The notes under the pieces: generated by a model
Told to the model about the DNA's origin: nothing
Database searches by the model: none
Seen by the model: only the letters and a program-made list of their open reading frames with translations
In this document: positions 23,831 to 63,960 of the stretch, piece after piece
Layout of the letters: every line of letters begins with the position of its first letter
Position numbering within the stretch: the first letter of the stretch is position 1
Program-made: the position numbers and the translations under genes
Source of the DNA: Cetorhinus maximus
Lineage: Eukaryota
Direction of reading: 5' to 3'
Length of the DNA: 64,000 bases
Assembly: GCF_964194155.1 (NCBI RefSeq)
Contig: NC_135906.1
Span: 6,262,001-6,326,000 of the forward strand

Positions 23831-24699
23831 TCTTCCACAGTTTCTCTTCAGAGTCCCTGTCTATTATCCCTGTTCTCTGTTCCCTGCTACTCAAGTCAAT
23901 TTCCTAACCAGGTCACATTTTCAAGATGTTCAGTCACCATGTTCCTCATTGTAGACTTGAGTAACTTCCCAACAACAGATGTTAGGCTAACTGGTGGATC
24001 ACTCCTTGGTCTTCCTCTGTTGCCTTCCTCAAATAGCAGAGTGGCACATGCAATTTTCCAATCTAAAGGAGCCATTCCCTAATGGATAGCACATTGGAAG
24101 ATTACAGCCAGGTCACCTGCAATGTTCCAACCTGCTTCTTTTAAAAAACCCTGGAGTGAGAACCAGCTGGTCCTGGAGATTGTCACTCTTTAATGTCATT
24201 ATTTTCTTCATTATGTTATCGTGCTTCCGCTAATTTCATTGAGTCGCTGTGCCTTATTTACTAACAGTTTCTTTGGGCTGCTTGGCACACCGACCTCTTC
24301 CTCTACTGCAAATAGATTCCTAGAACCCTTACTTCCTTTAAAAACGTCTTTAAACACTTCGCAGCAACCTGTTGCTTTATCAGTTGGTAATTTTGCCCGG
24401 TTACTGTGAACAGTCTCTGTCACACCCATTGAACCCGGCCTTAGCTAAATCCACAATCTCACAAGCTGTTTCTCATTGCTCCCTTTCAGACACCATGTTG
24501 AACTCGACCACATTATAATTGCCCTTTGATTCATGCACCAATGGGCTGTTAACTAAATCTGGTTCATTACTAAACCTAGCGTGGCCTGTCCTCTTATTAG
24601 TTCTAGGACATACTGTAGCAGAAAACTAGCCTGAACACACTCAAGAAATGCACTGTCTTTCTGACACAAAAGTGAAAACCTTTCATTAAAACTGTTCTG

Positions 24700-24965
24700 G
24701 TAAGTGACACACATGTACCAGGCTATGACCATCTCCAACAAAAGAGAGTCCAATCACCTTAACACCATCCTGACTTGGTCGTTCCTTCACTGTCGCTGGG
24801 TCAAAATCCTGGAACTCCCTTCCTAACAGCACTGTGGGTGTACCTACACCACAGGGACTGCAGCAGTTCAAGAAGGCAGCTCACCACCACCTTCTCAAGG
24901 GCAACTAGGGATGGGCAATAAATTCCACCCTTGGCAATGAGGCCTATATCCCAAGAATGAATTTA
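24700..24965 (+). mobile_element. LINE 3' tail fragment nested in an older antisense CR1 (~23840-25060)
   Basis: Near-identical to about 7465-7640. Confidence 0.8.
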
Positions 24966-25067
24966 TGAGAACACAGGTTCTCTCCCTACCTAGAGCACCT
25001 GGTCATTCTTTGTAATCACAAACTGGGGAATATGACACAGGTTGTACTCCATTCCCACGTCAGTCCT

Positions 25068-25180
25068 CAAATAAAAACAGAAAATGCTGGAAAAGCTCAG
25101 CTGGTCTGGCAGCATCTGTGGAGAGAGAAACAGAGTTAACGTTTCGAGTCCGTGTGACCCTTCTTCCCTTCTTCAGATCT
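25068..25180 (-). mobile_element. Penelope-like short element with hammerhead-like motif
   Basis: The minus strand reads CTGAAGA-agggaagaa-gggtc-acacg-gactc-GAAAC-GTT-aactctg, with a small duplication after the CUGANGA box. Confidence 0.7.
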
Positions 25181-25204
25181 CTCAAACCAGCTTTTTTGAA
25201 AAAA

Positions 25205-26375
25205 ATGTGTTCATGGGATGTGGGCTTCACTGGCTGGGTCAGCATTTATTGCCCACCCCCAGTTGCCCTTGAGAAGGTGGTGATGAGCTGCCTTCTTGAA
25301 CCGCTGGAGTCCATGTGGTGTAGGTACACCCACAGTGCTGTTAGGGAGGGCGTTCCAGGATTTGGACCCAGCGACAGTGAAGGAACGGCGATACAGTTTT
25401 TAAAAATTCGTTCATGGGATGTAGGTATCACTGGATAAGCCAGCATTCATTGCCCATCCCATAACTGCCCATCCCCTAACTGCCCTTGAGAAGGCAGCTC
25501 ACCATGACCTTCTCAAGGATTTTTGGCAGGCAAGTATCCCTGTGATGTAGCTTCACCAGGTTGATACCTCATTTTTAGGTATACCTGGTGCTGCTCCTGG
25601 CATGCCCTCCTGCACTCTTCATTGAACCAGGGTTGATCCCCTGGCTTTGTGGTAATGGTAAAGTAGGGGATATGCCAGGCCATGAGGTTACAGATTGTGG
25701 TCGAGTACAATTCTGCTGCTGCTGATGGCCCACAGAGTCTCAGGGATGCCCAGTTTTAAGTTGCAGAATCTGTTTGAAATCTATCCCATTTAGCACAGTG
25801 GTAGTGCCCCACAATATGATGGAGGGTATCCTCAATGTGAAGGCCAGACTTTGTCTCCACAAGGACTGTGCGGTGGTCACTCCTACCGATACTGTCATGG
25901 ACAGATGCATCTGCAGCAGGCACGCTGGTGACAACGAGGTCAAGTAAATTTTTCCCCCTTCTTGTTCCTCTCACTACCTGCCACAGACTCAGTCAGTAAT
26001 GGTGCCACCCTCAGTGCTTCCTCCAAGTGGTGTTCAACATGGAGGAGCACTGATTCATCAGCTAAGGGAGGGCGGTACGTGGTAATCAGCAGGAGGTTTC
26101 CTTGCCCATGTTTGACGTGATGCCATGAGACTTCATGGGATCCAGAGTTGATGTTGAGGACTCCCAGGGCAACTCCCTTCCGACTGTACCACCACCTCTG
26201 CTGGGCCTGTCCTGCCGGTGGGACAGGACTACTCAGGGATGGTGATGCTGGGGTCTGGGACATAATCTGTAAGATATAATCCCATGAGGATGACTATGTC
26301 AGGCTGTTGCTGGACTAGTCTGTGAGACAGCTCTCCCAATCTTGGCACGAGTCCCCCGACGTTAGTAAGGAGGAC
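25205..26375 (-). mobile_element. Rearranged LINE with an APE endonuclease region and duplicated 3' tails
   Basis: Encodes LLLITTYRPP...HLEEALRVA, NLLDLVVT...IGRSDHRTV and QPWFNEECRRACQEQ. Confidence 0.85.
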
Positions 26376-27636
26376 TCTGCAGTAATAGCAGAGTGCTCCA
26401 TTCAGCTCCCCTTTGCTTGTACAATGCAAACACTGAGCCTGTTAGGGAAACAGTTCATTTCGCCGTTGCTGAGTTTGCCGTTGTCCATTCCAATGTCAGG
26501 CGGTCTGTCCGGTCTCCTTTTAGACTTTTTTAACTGTTTGAAGCGATTGAGTAGCTTCCTAGGCCAATGTAGAAGGCGTTTCTGAGTCAGCCAGTTTGCT
26601 GTGGGTCTGGAGTCACATGTAGGCCGGACCAGGTAAGGACAGCAGATTTCCTTCCCTAAAAGGTATTAGTGGACCAGATTGTTCAATGAAAACACTGTGC
26701 CCGTAAGGGAACCAGCTTATTTGGTTACCTGAATTCAATGGAAAAATGGCAGGTTACAGTGACAGTTATATCCCCGCAAGTTCCATGGAGCTCATTGTTC
26801 ATTCATGTGGAGCAGACTGCTCCACAGAAGGTGCGTTAGTTACTTTAATTTTAATATTTAAAATGTGCACGTGTGTGGAAAAGCAATGCAGAATAAATTA
26901 TTCAAATGCTGAATCACAATTTTCATAATGCTGGAAAATGTAGCAACCGACTGCCAAATATCAAAACCGTTTGTGTAGGTGTTGCCTCCTGAATTTAATG
27001 TTACACCTTCCGTGCTCAATCCATCCTTCAAAACTGTCTAAATGCACAACTGTTTTAACAGGTCAGCTAGCTTAAGTCATGACAAATCGTATCGTGCTGC
27101 ACCCGAATTGTACCTACTTGTGCAATGATTCCTCTTTCTGCCAGATATTCAACTCACTCCTCATTCTGTTTGGTTAAGACACCAGCACCCCCTGCCTGCC
27201 TCCTGTGTACCTGCGGTGCCATATTCAGCCCCAGTTCAAAGGCTGCGATTCTCTCATTTTGTTCCATTCTGATTTTACTGGCAAATTCACAGAACCCACC
27301 CGAACAGTTCATTGAAACCTATTGGACCGTTGCAGTGACTGACCGAGACTCTCCTCTACTCCAGGAACTGGTGGTCAGATCCCTACATCTAACACTAGAA
27401 GCAGCAAAACCTAATGCAGACAAACTGTCAAACATCGCCATTTTCCTCTCTAACCCAATCTTGACACTAAGTGAAGCCATGCTCGATGCAAGGAGCTGGT
27501 CAGTGTAGGGAGGAGAACTGGAGCAGAAAACAAGGTATTAGGTACAAAGTGGAACGAATGAGACAACAAGTTAAAGGGATAGGAGGATGTACAAGAAATC
27601 AGAGAGAGAAACTGAGAATTCCAAGGGGCGGGGTTT

Positions 27637-28417
27637 GGAGGAGGTTACAGAGGTAGGGAGGGGTATGGACTGGAGTTGGTTAGAGATAGGGAGGGGTGTG
27701 GACTAAAGGAGGTTACAGAGATAGGGAGGGGTGTAGACTGGAGGAGGTTACAGAGATAGGGAGGGGTGTAGACTGGAGTAGATTACAGAGATAGGGAGGG
27801 GTGTAGACTAGAGTAGATTACAGAGATAGGGAGGGGTGTGGACTGGAGGAGGTTACAGAGATAGGGAGGGGTGTGGACTGGAGTAGATTACAGAGATAGG
27901 GAGGGGTGTAGACTGGAGGAGGTTACAGAGATAGGGAGGGGTGTGGACTGGGGGAGGTTACAGAGATAGGGACGGGTGTAGACTGGAGGAGGTTACAGAG
28001 ATAGGGAGGGGTGTGGATTGGAGGAGGTTACAGAGATAGGGAGGGGTGTAGGCTGGAGGAGGTTACAGAGATAGGGAGGGGTGTGGACTGGAGGAGGTTA
28101 CAGAGATAGGGAGGGGTGTGGATTGGAGGAGGTTACAGAGATAGGGAGGGGTGTAGGCTGGAGGAGGTTACAGAGATAGGGAGGGGTGTGGACTGGAGGA
28201 GGTTACAGAGATAGGGAGAGGTGTAGATTGGAGGAGGTTCCAGAGATAGGGAGAGGTGTGGATTGGAGGAGGTTACAGAGATAAGGAGAGGTGTAGACTA
28301 GAGTAGATTACAGGGATAGGGAGGGGTGTGGACTGGAGTAGATTACAGAGATAGGGAGGGGTGTGGACTGGAGGAGGTTCCAGAGATAGGGAGGGGTGTG
28401 GACTGGAGGAGGTTACA
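27637..28417. repeat. 35-bp G-rich minisatellite (gagatagggaggggtgtggactggaggaggttaca), ~22 copies
   Basis: Directly visible tandem array. Confidence 0.95.
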
Positions 28418-28419
28418 TG

Positions 28420-28700
28420 AAGGGGATGGAGAGGAGTAGTTTGTGGTGAAGATCATGAGGAGCAGCTTCATCTTTCCATATTAAAGCTGCAGGAAATTAC
28501 AGGCGGGACGTTGAACAAGCAATCTGACTGCAGCGAGGCAGAGGCAATGGAGGAGAGCTGGCTGTGTGCATGCAAAGCAGGCCCCAGCTCTGAGAAGGTA
28601 TTGCTGGGTGCCAGCATGCAGATGAGGAGGGTTCAAAAGTATATCTTTGTGGAACTCCACAGACCATGGTGTGAGTGGAAGGAGAAACCATTGCTGGAAA
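28420..28700 (-). mobile_element. Highly decayed L2-like RT relic
   Basis: Minus-strand CGVPQ remnant followed by a decayed YADD-region equivalent. Confidence 0.45.
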
Positions 28701-29309
28701 TGCTCCAGCTACAACTCAATGTGACACATACAAATAGGGATGAGTTACAAAACAGAAACTGTACTTTCTGCATAGCCGGTCTGCGTTGGAAGTTTATCCT
28801 CTGAATAATTACATAGTTCTCATACCCAGCCCGGTTCCTTCGTCCACCAATCTAATCTTAAATATTGTTTCACTTTCTATCTTGACCACTCGTCTTGGAA
28901 GTGAAATCCTCAGCCTCGAAACAATCTGCTTTAAGTATCTCCAACCCTCTATTTTAAATTTCCTACACACAATCGCATATCAATGGCCCCTCACTCCTCA
29001 CCCCCGCCTCCAGCTATTGGGAGCAGTCGACTAAAGCTTTGGCAGCCAATGCAAAAGATGCGATGGAGAAAGGCTGCTAGTCTTAAGACCCTTCTGCCAT
29101 GGTGTACCCAGGGGACAGAAACAGTGTAAACCCTGTTTCAGGGAGATGGTGGTGTAATGGTAAAGTAACTGGACAAGCAATCCAGTAGCCTGGATTAATG
29201 CTCTGGGGACATGGGTTCAAATCCCAACACAGCAGCTGGTGGAATTTAAATTCAGTGAACAAAATCTGGAATTGAAAGCTAGTCAATAATCGTTGACCAT
29301 GAAACTATC

Positions 29310-29587
29310 TAAGTGTTCGGTAGTACAGAACTTGAGTATTGCTGAAAGAGAGACATGTCAAATCTTTTTGTCTTGCACGCATCAGGACACTCGAATACCA
29401 ATATAAGGGGAAAACAACAGAGTGGTGGTTGGTTGGCAAGTGGACTCAGATTGGTAGAGGCATCGCCATGGAGAATGCACCAGTGATGGTAACTGACAGT
29501 TAATTGCCAAGCATTGTTTGAAATTTAAACCAGGTAGCTTGACCCTGATTGGTCAAGGCATTGCCAAGGAATGAGTCAGCGAATGGT
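29310..29587 (-). mobile_element. Penelope-like fragment with a TSD and decayed hammerhead
   Basis: Flanked by tgaaactatc (29300-29309) and tgaaattatc (29588-29597). The minus strand reads tgtc-CTGATGC-gtgcaagac-AAAA-agattt-gaca. Confidence 0.65.
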
Positions 29588-29713
29588 TGAAATTATCCGT
29601 GATTGTCATAAAACCCACTTGACTACACTAATGTCCTTTAGAGAAGGAAATCTGCCATCCTTACCTGGTCTGGCCTACACGTGACTCCAGACCCACAGGT
29701 AATGTGGTTGTCT

Positions 29714-31272
29714 TCAGAGGAAGAAATCTCCCAGAATTAGAGATCCAAGGGACCAGAGAAAATGAGGAATTGAAGGAAATTAGTATTTGTAAGATGATTG
29801 TATTGGAGAAATTAATGGGACTGAAGTCCCCGGGACCTGATATTCTATGTCCCAGAGCGCTGAAAGAGGGAGCTATGGAGATAATGGATGCATTGGTGAT
29901 CATCTTCCAAAATTCTAGATTCTGGAACAGTTCCTGCAGATTGGAAGGTAGCAAATGTCACCCCACTATTTGAGGGAGGGAGAGAACTGCAGACCTGCAA
30001 GTCTTGTCGGTAGTAGGGAAAATGCTGGAATCTGTTATAAGGGGTGTGATAAATGGACAATTAATGATGTGATGGGGCAGTCAACATGAACGGGAAATCA
30101 TGTTTGACAAACTTGTTGAGGGATGTAGTGCGCTTGGTTTGTCAGAAGACTTTTGATAAGGTTTCCCGTGGGAGGTTGGTTAACAAATTTAAGGCACACG
30201 GGATAAGAAGTAATATATTGGTATGGATTAAGGATTGGTTAACCAGCAGAAAACAGTAGGAATAAACAGGTCATTCTTGTGTTGGCTGTGACTAATGGGG
30301 TACCACAAGGATCAGTACTTGGGCCCCAGCTGTTCACAATATCTATCAATGATTTGGATGTGGGGACCAAATGTAATATCTCCAAGTTCATGGATGATAC
30401 AAAGCTAGGTGGGAACGTGTGTTGTGAGGAAGATGCAAAGTGGCTCCAAGGGGATTTGGACAGATTTAGTGAGTGGGCAAGAACGTGGGCAGATGGAATA
30501 TAACGTGGAAAAATGAGAGGTTGTCCACTTTGGTAGGAGAAACGGATGCACAGAGTACTTCTTAGATGGTAAGATTAGAAAGTATAGATGTGCAAAGGGA
30601 CCTGGGTTTCCTCGTCGATAACACTGAAAGCTAACGTGCAGGTGCAGCAAACAATTAGGAACGCTAGCCTTTATTGCAAGAGGATTTGAGTATAGGAGTA
30701 GTGAAGTTTAGCTTCAGTTGTATGGAACCTTGGTTAGACTGCACCTGGAGTAGTGTGCGCAGTTTTTGGTCCCCTTACTTTAGGAAGGTTATTATTGCCA
30801 CAGAGGGAGTGCAGTGAATGTTCACTGGACCTAGTCCTGGGATGGCAGGACTGTCCTAAGAGCAGCGACCGGGGAAACTGGGCCTATATTCTCTGCAGTT
30901 TCAAAGAATGAGGGTCGATCTCACTCAAACCTACAAAATACTTAAAAGGGATAGACAGGGTAGATGCAGGTAAGATGCTCCCTCTGGTTGGGGAGAAGAA
31001 CCAGAGGACACAATTTCAAAATGAGCGGCAAGCCATTTAGGACTGAGATGAGGAGGGTTTTTTTTTACTCAAGAGGGTTGTGAATCTTTGGACTTCTCCA
31101 CCCCAGGGGGCTCTGGAAGCTCAGTCACTGAGTAGCAGAGATTGACAGATTTTTAAATGCCCATGACATAAAAGGGACATGGGGATAGTGTGGGGAAAAG
31201 GCCTTAAAGTGGATGATCAGCCATGATCATATTGAAGGACAGAGCAGGCTCGATGGGCTAAATGGCCTTCTC
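29714..31272 (+). mobile_element. 5'-truncated CR1 LINE (RT domain, decayed)
   Basis: Encodes KSPGPD and [21 protein letters not shown]...[11 protein letters not shown], followed by a CR1 3' tail. Confidence 0.92.
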
Positions 31273-32217
31273 CTCTGACTCTTAATTGTCCCCTCAAATG
31301 GCCTACCAAGCCACTCAGTTCAAGGGCAGTTAGGAATGGGCAACAAATGCTGACCTCGTCAGCGACGCCCACATCCCATGTAAGAATAAATAACCCCTCG
31401 AGCTGTCTTAGACTTAGCTCCTTTGGTCCCATGCAGGACAATGTGCAGCAGGACTCCGCCACTGGCCCCAGTCAATCACAATCTCCTCCCTTATGTGTAA
31501 TGTTGGCCAACTATTTTCATTCCCAATTGGGTAACTATCCATATACATTGTCTCAACAACTCTGGGACGTCTTTCTACCCTAGCAGACAGAATCCTTTAA
31601 CCCTCCCGAAAACGTTTAACTAGGAATATTAAACTCCCAATCCTGTTCAGGTACAAATCATCTCTCTTATAGCTACTGTATGACACATCCATTATTACCC
31701 ACTCATTCTGAATGATTTGTACATTCGTACACACCACTCAATCCCGAAAATTTTTTGGGACACTGACTCATTTTTACATTTAAGTTTTTGATGTACCCTG
31801 CCTCTTCTAGGGCGGGTGTTCTAATCTCCTTACCTCACAGCCCACTCCTTTCCTGTTCTCGTCTGATATTTATTTCAACTACAACCCTCCCATTCCTTGC
31901 CCTTGTTCTATATCCTCCGGCACTGCTCCATTTACCTTGATAAGGACAGTGCAATACTGCTCTGTTAAATTGTAAGGACAACACTGCTGTATGTGTACCA
32001 GTGTAACATCTGCTCAACAATCCCTCTCTACAGGGCGCTGTGAGCTTCACACTGTTATCGTGTCAGCTCCAAACCACACCGAAGAATCTGACCCACTCGA
32101 TAGGACTCTCTGTATCTCCACACAGCATCTACTATCCTTGTCCTGTATTCAAGCACTTGCCCCCCACCCACCCCTTTCAGTAAAAGCATAAAAGGCATGT
32201 GGACATTTTAAAACAGA

Positions 32218-32223
32218 TTTATT
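32218..32223 (-). terminator. DDX39 polyadenylation signal AATAAA
   Basis: tttatt on +, about 260 nt after the stop codon in a U-rich 3'UTR. Confidence 0.7.
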
Positions 32224-32483
32224 AACCAACAGACCACCTTTAGATAAAGACAGGCAGGAAAGAGCAATGTACAAACAAATTAAAACAGATCCAATGTTGT
32301 ATAAAAGCTTCATTTTCTCCCACAAAATTTTTATCCATTGAAACAGTTTTAAAAAAAACATTTCAACAAAAGGAATTTTAAAAGTCATCTTCCCCTCTTG
32401 TAGGTTAAAGGCATCTCTGATGCCCATCTAGTAACTGCTGTAAATTTCCCTGGAACGGTTTTCAGCCTCACCAGGTGCTGGCT

Positions 32484-60504
<28,021 letters not shown>

Positions 60505-60979
60505 CTTGTCTAATAGAAACAATCAACAAATGTTACAAGGTTCAGAGAAGCTGATTCAACAAATTTTTCTTTCATCCCGTCGATTAAAGTCAACTTCTGT
60601 CCCAAGAATTTTTTGCTCCAGTGAAACTTTTATTTTAAAGGCAAAGATTTGTTAGTAAGATAGGTCTCCCTGAGGAACACACTGCTCCTATCTCAGGTAC
60701 ACACTCTGGAGTACAGCTCCCCAGGGCTCACATCCATTCTGTTTAAACCTTAGTCCCAGGAGCTCTCCTTCCACCATCCGCTCACAGGTTCTCCTCGCTG
60801 TTCCTCCCAACTCTTCTTTCCTCAACATTTCTCCTAACCAGCAGCCCCATACTCCACCCCCAGTAGGCATCTCCCTTCCACCACCCACCCACCCCAAGCA
60901 ACTAACTCACTCTACCCCCACCGTCCCCTCTCTTTCCTCCACTCACCCCCTCCTCCTCCCTACCCCAATTAACCCCCTT

Positions 60980-62520
60980 CCCTCCCCGTGTCCCCTCACT
61001 CCCCCTTCCTCGTCCCCCCCAGTCCCCCTCACTCCCCCCGTCCCCCCTCACTCTCGTCCCTCTGCCCCCTCACTCCTGTCCCCCTCCCCCCCACGCCTCC
61101 CTCCCCCGTCCCCCTCACCCCCCCCACTCCCCGTCCCCCTCACCTCCCCCCCACTCCCCGTCCCCCTCACCCCCCCCACTCCCCGTCCCCCTCACCCCAC
61201 TCCCCATCCCCCTCACCCCCCCCACTCCCCGTCCCCCTCACCCCCCCCACTCCCCGTCCCCCTCACCCCCCCCCCACTCCCCGTCCCCCTCATCCCCCCC
61301 ACTCCCCGTCGTCGTCCCCCAGTCCCCCTCCCCCCCAGTCCCCGTCGTCCCCCCCCCCCACTCCCCGTCCCCCTCACCCCCCCCCCACTCCCCGTCGTCA
61401 CCCCCCCACTCCCCGTCCCCCTCACCCCCCCCCACACTTCCCCGTCCCCCTCACCCCCCCCTCTCCCCGTCCCCCTCACCCCCCCCCACTCCCCGTCCCC
61501 CTCACCCCCCCCTCTCCCCGTCCCCCTCACCCCCCCCCACTCCCCGTCCCCCTCACCCACCCCACTCCCCGTCCCCCTCACCCACCCCACTCCCCGTCGT
61601 CGTCCCCCCAGTCCCCCTCACCCCCCCCCCACTCCCCGTCCCCCTCACCCCCCCCCACTCCCCGTCCCCCTCACCCCCCCCCACTCCCCGTCCCCCTCAC
61701 CCCCCCCCCACTCCCCGTCCCCCTCACCCCCCCCCCACTCCCCGTCCCCCTCACCCCCCCCCCACTCCCCGTCCCCCTCACCCCCCCCCACTCCCCGTCC
61801 CCCTCACCCCCCACCCCCCGTCCCCCTCACCTCCCCCTCCACTCCCCGTCCCCCTCACCTCCCCCCCACTCCCCGTCCCCCTCACCTCCCCCTCCACTCC
61901 CCGTCCCCCTCACCTCCCCCTCCACTCCCCGTCCCCCTCACCCCCCACTCCCCGTCCCCCTCACCCCCCACTCCCCGTCCCCCTCACCCCCCACTCCCCG
62001 TCCCCCTCACCACCACCCCCCCACTCCCCGTCCCCCTCACCCCCCCCCCACTCCCCGTCCCCCTCACCCCCCCCCACTCCCCGTCCCCCTCACCCCCCCC
62101 CCACTCCCCGTCCCCCTCACCCCCCCCACTCCCCGTCCCCCTCACCCCCCACCCCCCACTCCCCGTCCCCCTCACCCCCCACCCCCCCACTCCCCGTCCC
62201 CCTCACCCCCCCCACTCCCCGTCCCCCTCACCACCCCCCCCCCCACTCCCCGTCCCCCTCACCACCCCCCCCCCCACTCCCCGTCCCCCTCACCCCCCCC
62301 CCACTCCCCGTCCCCCTCACCCCCCACCCCCCCACTCCCCGTCCCCCTCACCCCCCACCCCCCCACTCCCCGTCCCCCTCACCCACCCCCCCACACTCCC
62401 ACTCCCCGTCCCCCTCACCCCCCACTCCCCGTCCCCCTCACCCCCACTCCCCGTCCCCCTCACCCCCCACTCCCCGTCCCCCTCACCCCCCCCCCCCCAC
62501 ACTCCCACTCCCCCCTCCCC
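60980..62520. repeat. C-rich minisatellite (~22-26 bp, ctccccgtccccctcac(c)na) in DDX39 intron 1
   Basis: Directly visible, and G-rich on the transcribed strand. Confidence 0.95.
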
Positions 62521-62539
62521 CATATTGTCTCCACTTTGA

Positions 62540-63010
62540 ACCGTCGTCCGATCCCGGGCTCCTGTGGCGCCCGGATTTCTTGCCGGTGACGGGATTAAGC
62601 GGCCGCTCCGCTGAGGGAAGACGCGCCGCGCCACCGGCCGGCCTGCAGGCCCCGATCCGGCGTCGCTCGCTCTCGCTCTCCCGCCCCACCCAGCGCCGCG
62701 CTCCCACCTACCGTCTCCGCTCCCGCTCCCTGGGCAAATGGCCGCTCCCTCCGCACGCTCTGCGCGGGTAAGGCTTCGGCCGGATGTCCCGCCCTCTGCC
62801 TAGCTCTGAATGGTAGATATGGCTGTCGGTCAAAACGGGCTGCGCAGTGACTGGCTGGTTCCCGTAGGACTTGGTGACGTCAACTGCGGGCCACGCATCC
62901 AATTGGCTGGAGCTCATGTCTATCATTGAGGGGAGGGAGCTCAGGTCATCAACAAACTTTATTTATAACCGATTGGAGCAAAGGCCCGAACCCAGAGTCT
63001 GGGCCCGAGG
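62540..63010 (-). promoter_or_regulatory. CpG-island housekeeping promoter of DDX39
   Basis: CpG-dense, with YY1-like aaatggccgc (~62736-62745), ETS-like ccggatgt (62780-62787), tgcgca (62841-62846), a full CRE TGACGTCA (62875-62882) and CCAAT boxes (~62899-62906, ~62972-62976). Confidence 0.8.
62712..62790 (-). other. DDX39B: Predicted non-coding exon 1 of DDX39 (5' end approximate)
   Basis: Donor ACG|gtaggt at 62712/62711 inside a CpG island. Exon 2 has an acceptor upstream of the ATG, which requires an upstream exon. Confidence 0.6.
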
Positions 63011-63011
63011 G

Positions 63012-63960
63012 CAAATGGGGAGGAGGCAAGAGGGCAGATATGGGGGGGGGATGGGGAGGAGGCAAGAGGGCAGATATGGGGGGGGATGGGGAGGAGGCAA
63101 GAGGGCAGATATGGGGGGGATGGGGAGGAGGCAAGAGGGCAGATATGGGGGGGATGGGGAGGAGGCAAGAGGGCAGATATGGGGGGGGATGGGGAGGAGG
63201 CAAGAGGGCAGATATGGGGGGGATGGGGAGGAGGCAAGAGGGCAGCTATGGGGGGGGATGGGGAGGAGGCAAGAGGGCAGATATGGGGGGGGATGGGGAG
63301 GAGGCAAGAGGGCAGATATGGGGGGGGATGGGGAGGAGGCAAGAGGGCAGATATGGGGGGGATGGGGAGGAGGCAAGAGGGCAGATATGGGGGGGATGGG
63401 GAGGAGGCAAGAGGGCAGCTATGGGGGGGGAATGGGGAAGAGGCAAGAGGGCAGATATGGGGGGGGGATGGGGAGGAGGCAAGAGGGCAGATATGGGGGG
63501 GATGGGGAGGAGGCAAGAGGGCAGATATGGGGGGGATGGGGAGGAGGCAAGAGGGCAGATATGGGGGGGATGGGGAGGAGGCAAGAGGGCAGATATGGGG
63601 GGGATAGGGAGGAGGCAAGAGGGCAGATATTGGGGGGATGGGGAGGAGGTAAGAGGGCAGATATGGGGGGATGGGGAGGAGGCAAGAGGGCAGATGGGGG
63701 GATGGGGAGGAGGCAAGAGAGCAGATAGGGAGGAGGCAACAGGGCAGATATGGGGGGTTGGGGAGGAGGCAACAGGGCAGATATGGGGGGGTTTCGAGGA
63801 GGCAAGAGGGCAGATGGGGGAGGGGATGGGGAGGACGCAACAGGGCAGATGGGGGGATGGGGAGGAGGCAACAGGGCAGATGGGGGAGGGGAGGGGATGG
63901 GGAAGAGGCAACAGGGCAGATGGGGAGGGGTGGGGAGGGGGAGGAGGCAACAGGGCAGAT
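63012..63960. repeat. G-rich 34-36-bp minisatellite (ggggaggaggcaagagggcagatat(g)nat) upstream of DDX39
   Basis: Directly visible tandem array. Confidence 0.95.

Larger units (their letters stand above)
29141..31392 (+). mobile_element. tRNA-SINE split into three pieces by two later insertions
   Basis: Pieces 29141-29309, 29588-29713 and ~31275-31392 are collinear with the intact copy at 58630-59055. Confidence 0.85.

Noticed and set aside
27125-27508. 127-aa + strand ORF in the intergenic region
   Set aside because: It has no recognisable homology, promoter or splice context, and is likely a chance ORF or old TE debris.
27637-28417. Regular 35-bp repeats (and the 31-bp repeats at 32746-32905) as a possible CRISPR-like array
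   Set aside because: The units are contiguous with no unique spacers and no cas genes, and the context is vertebrate.
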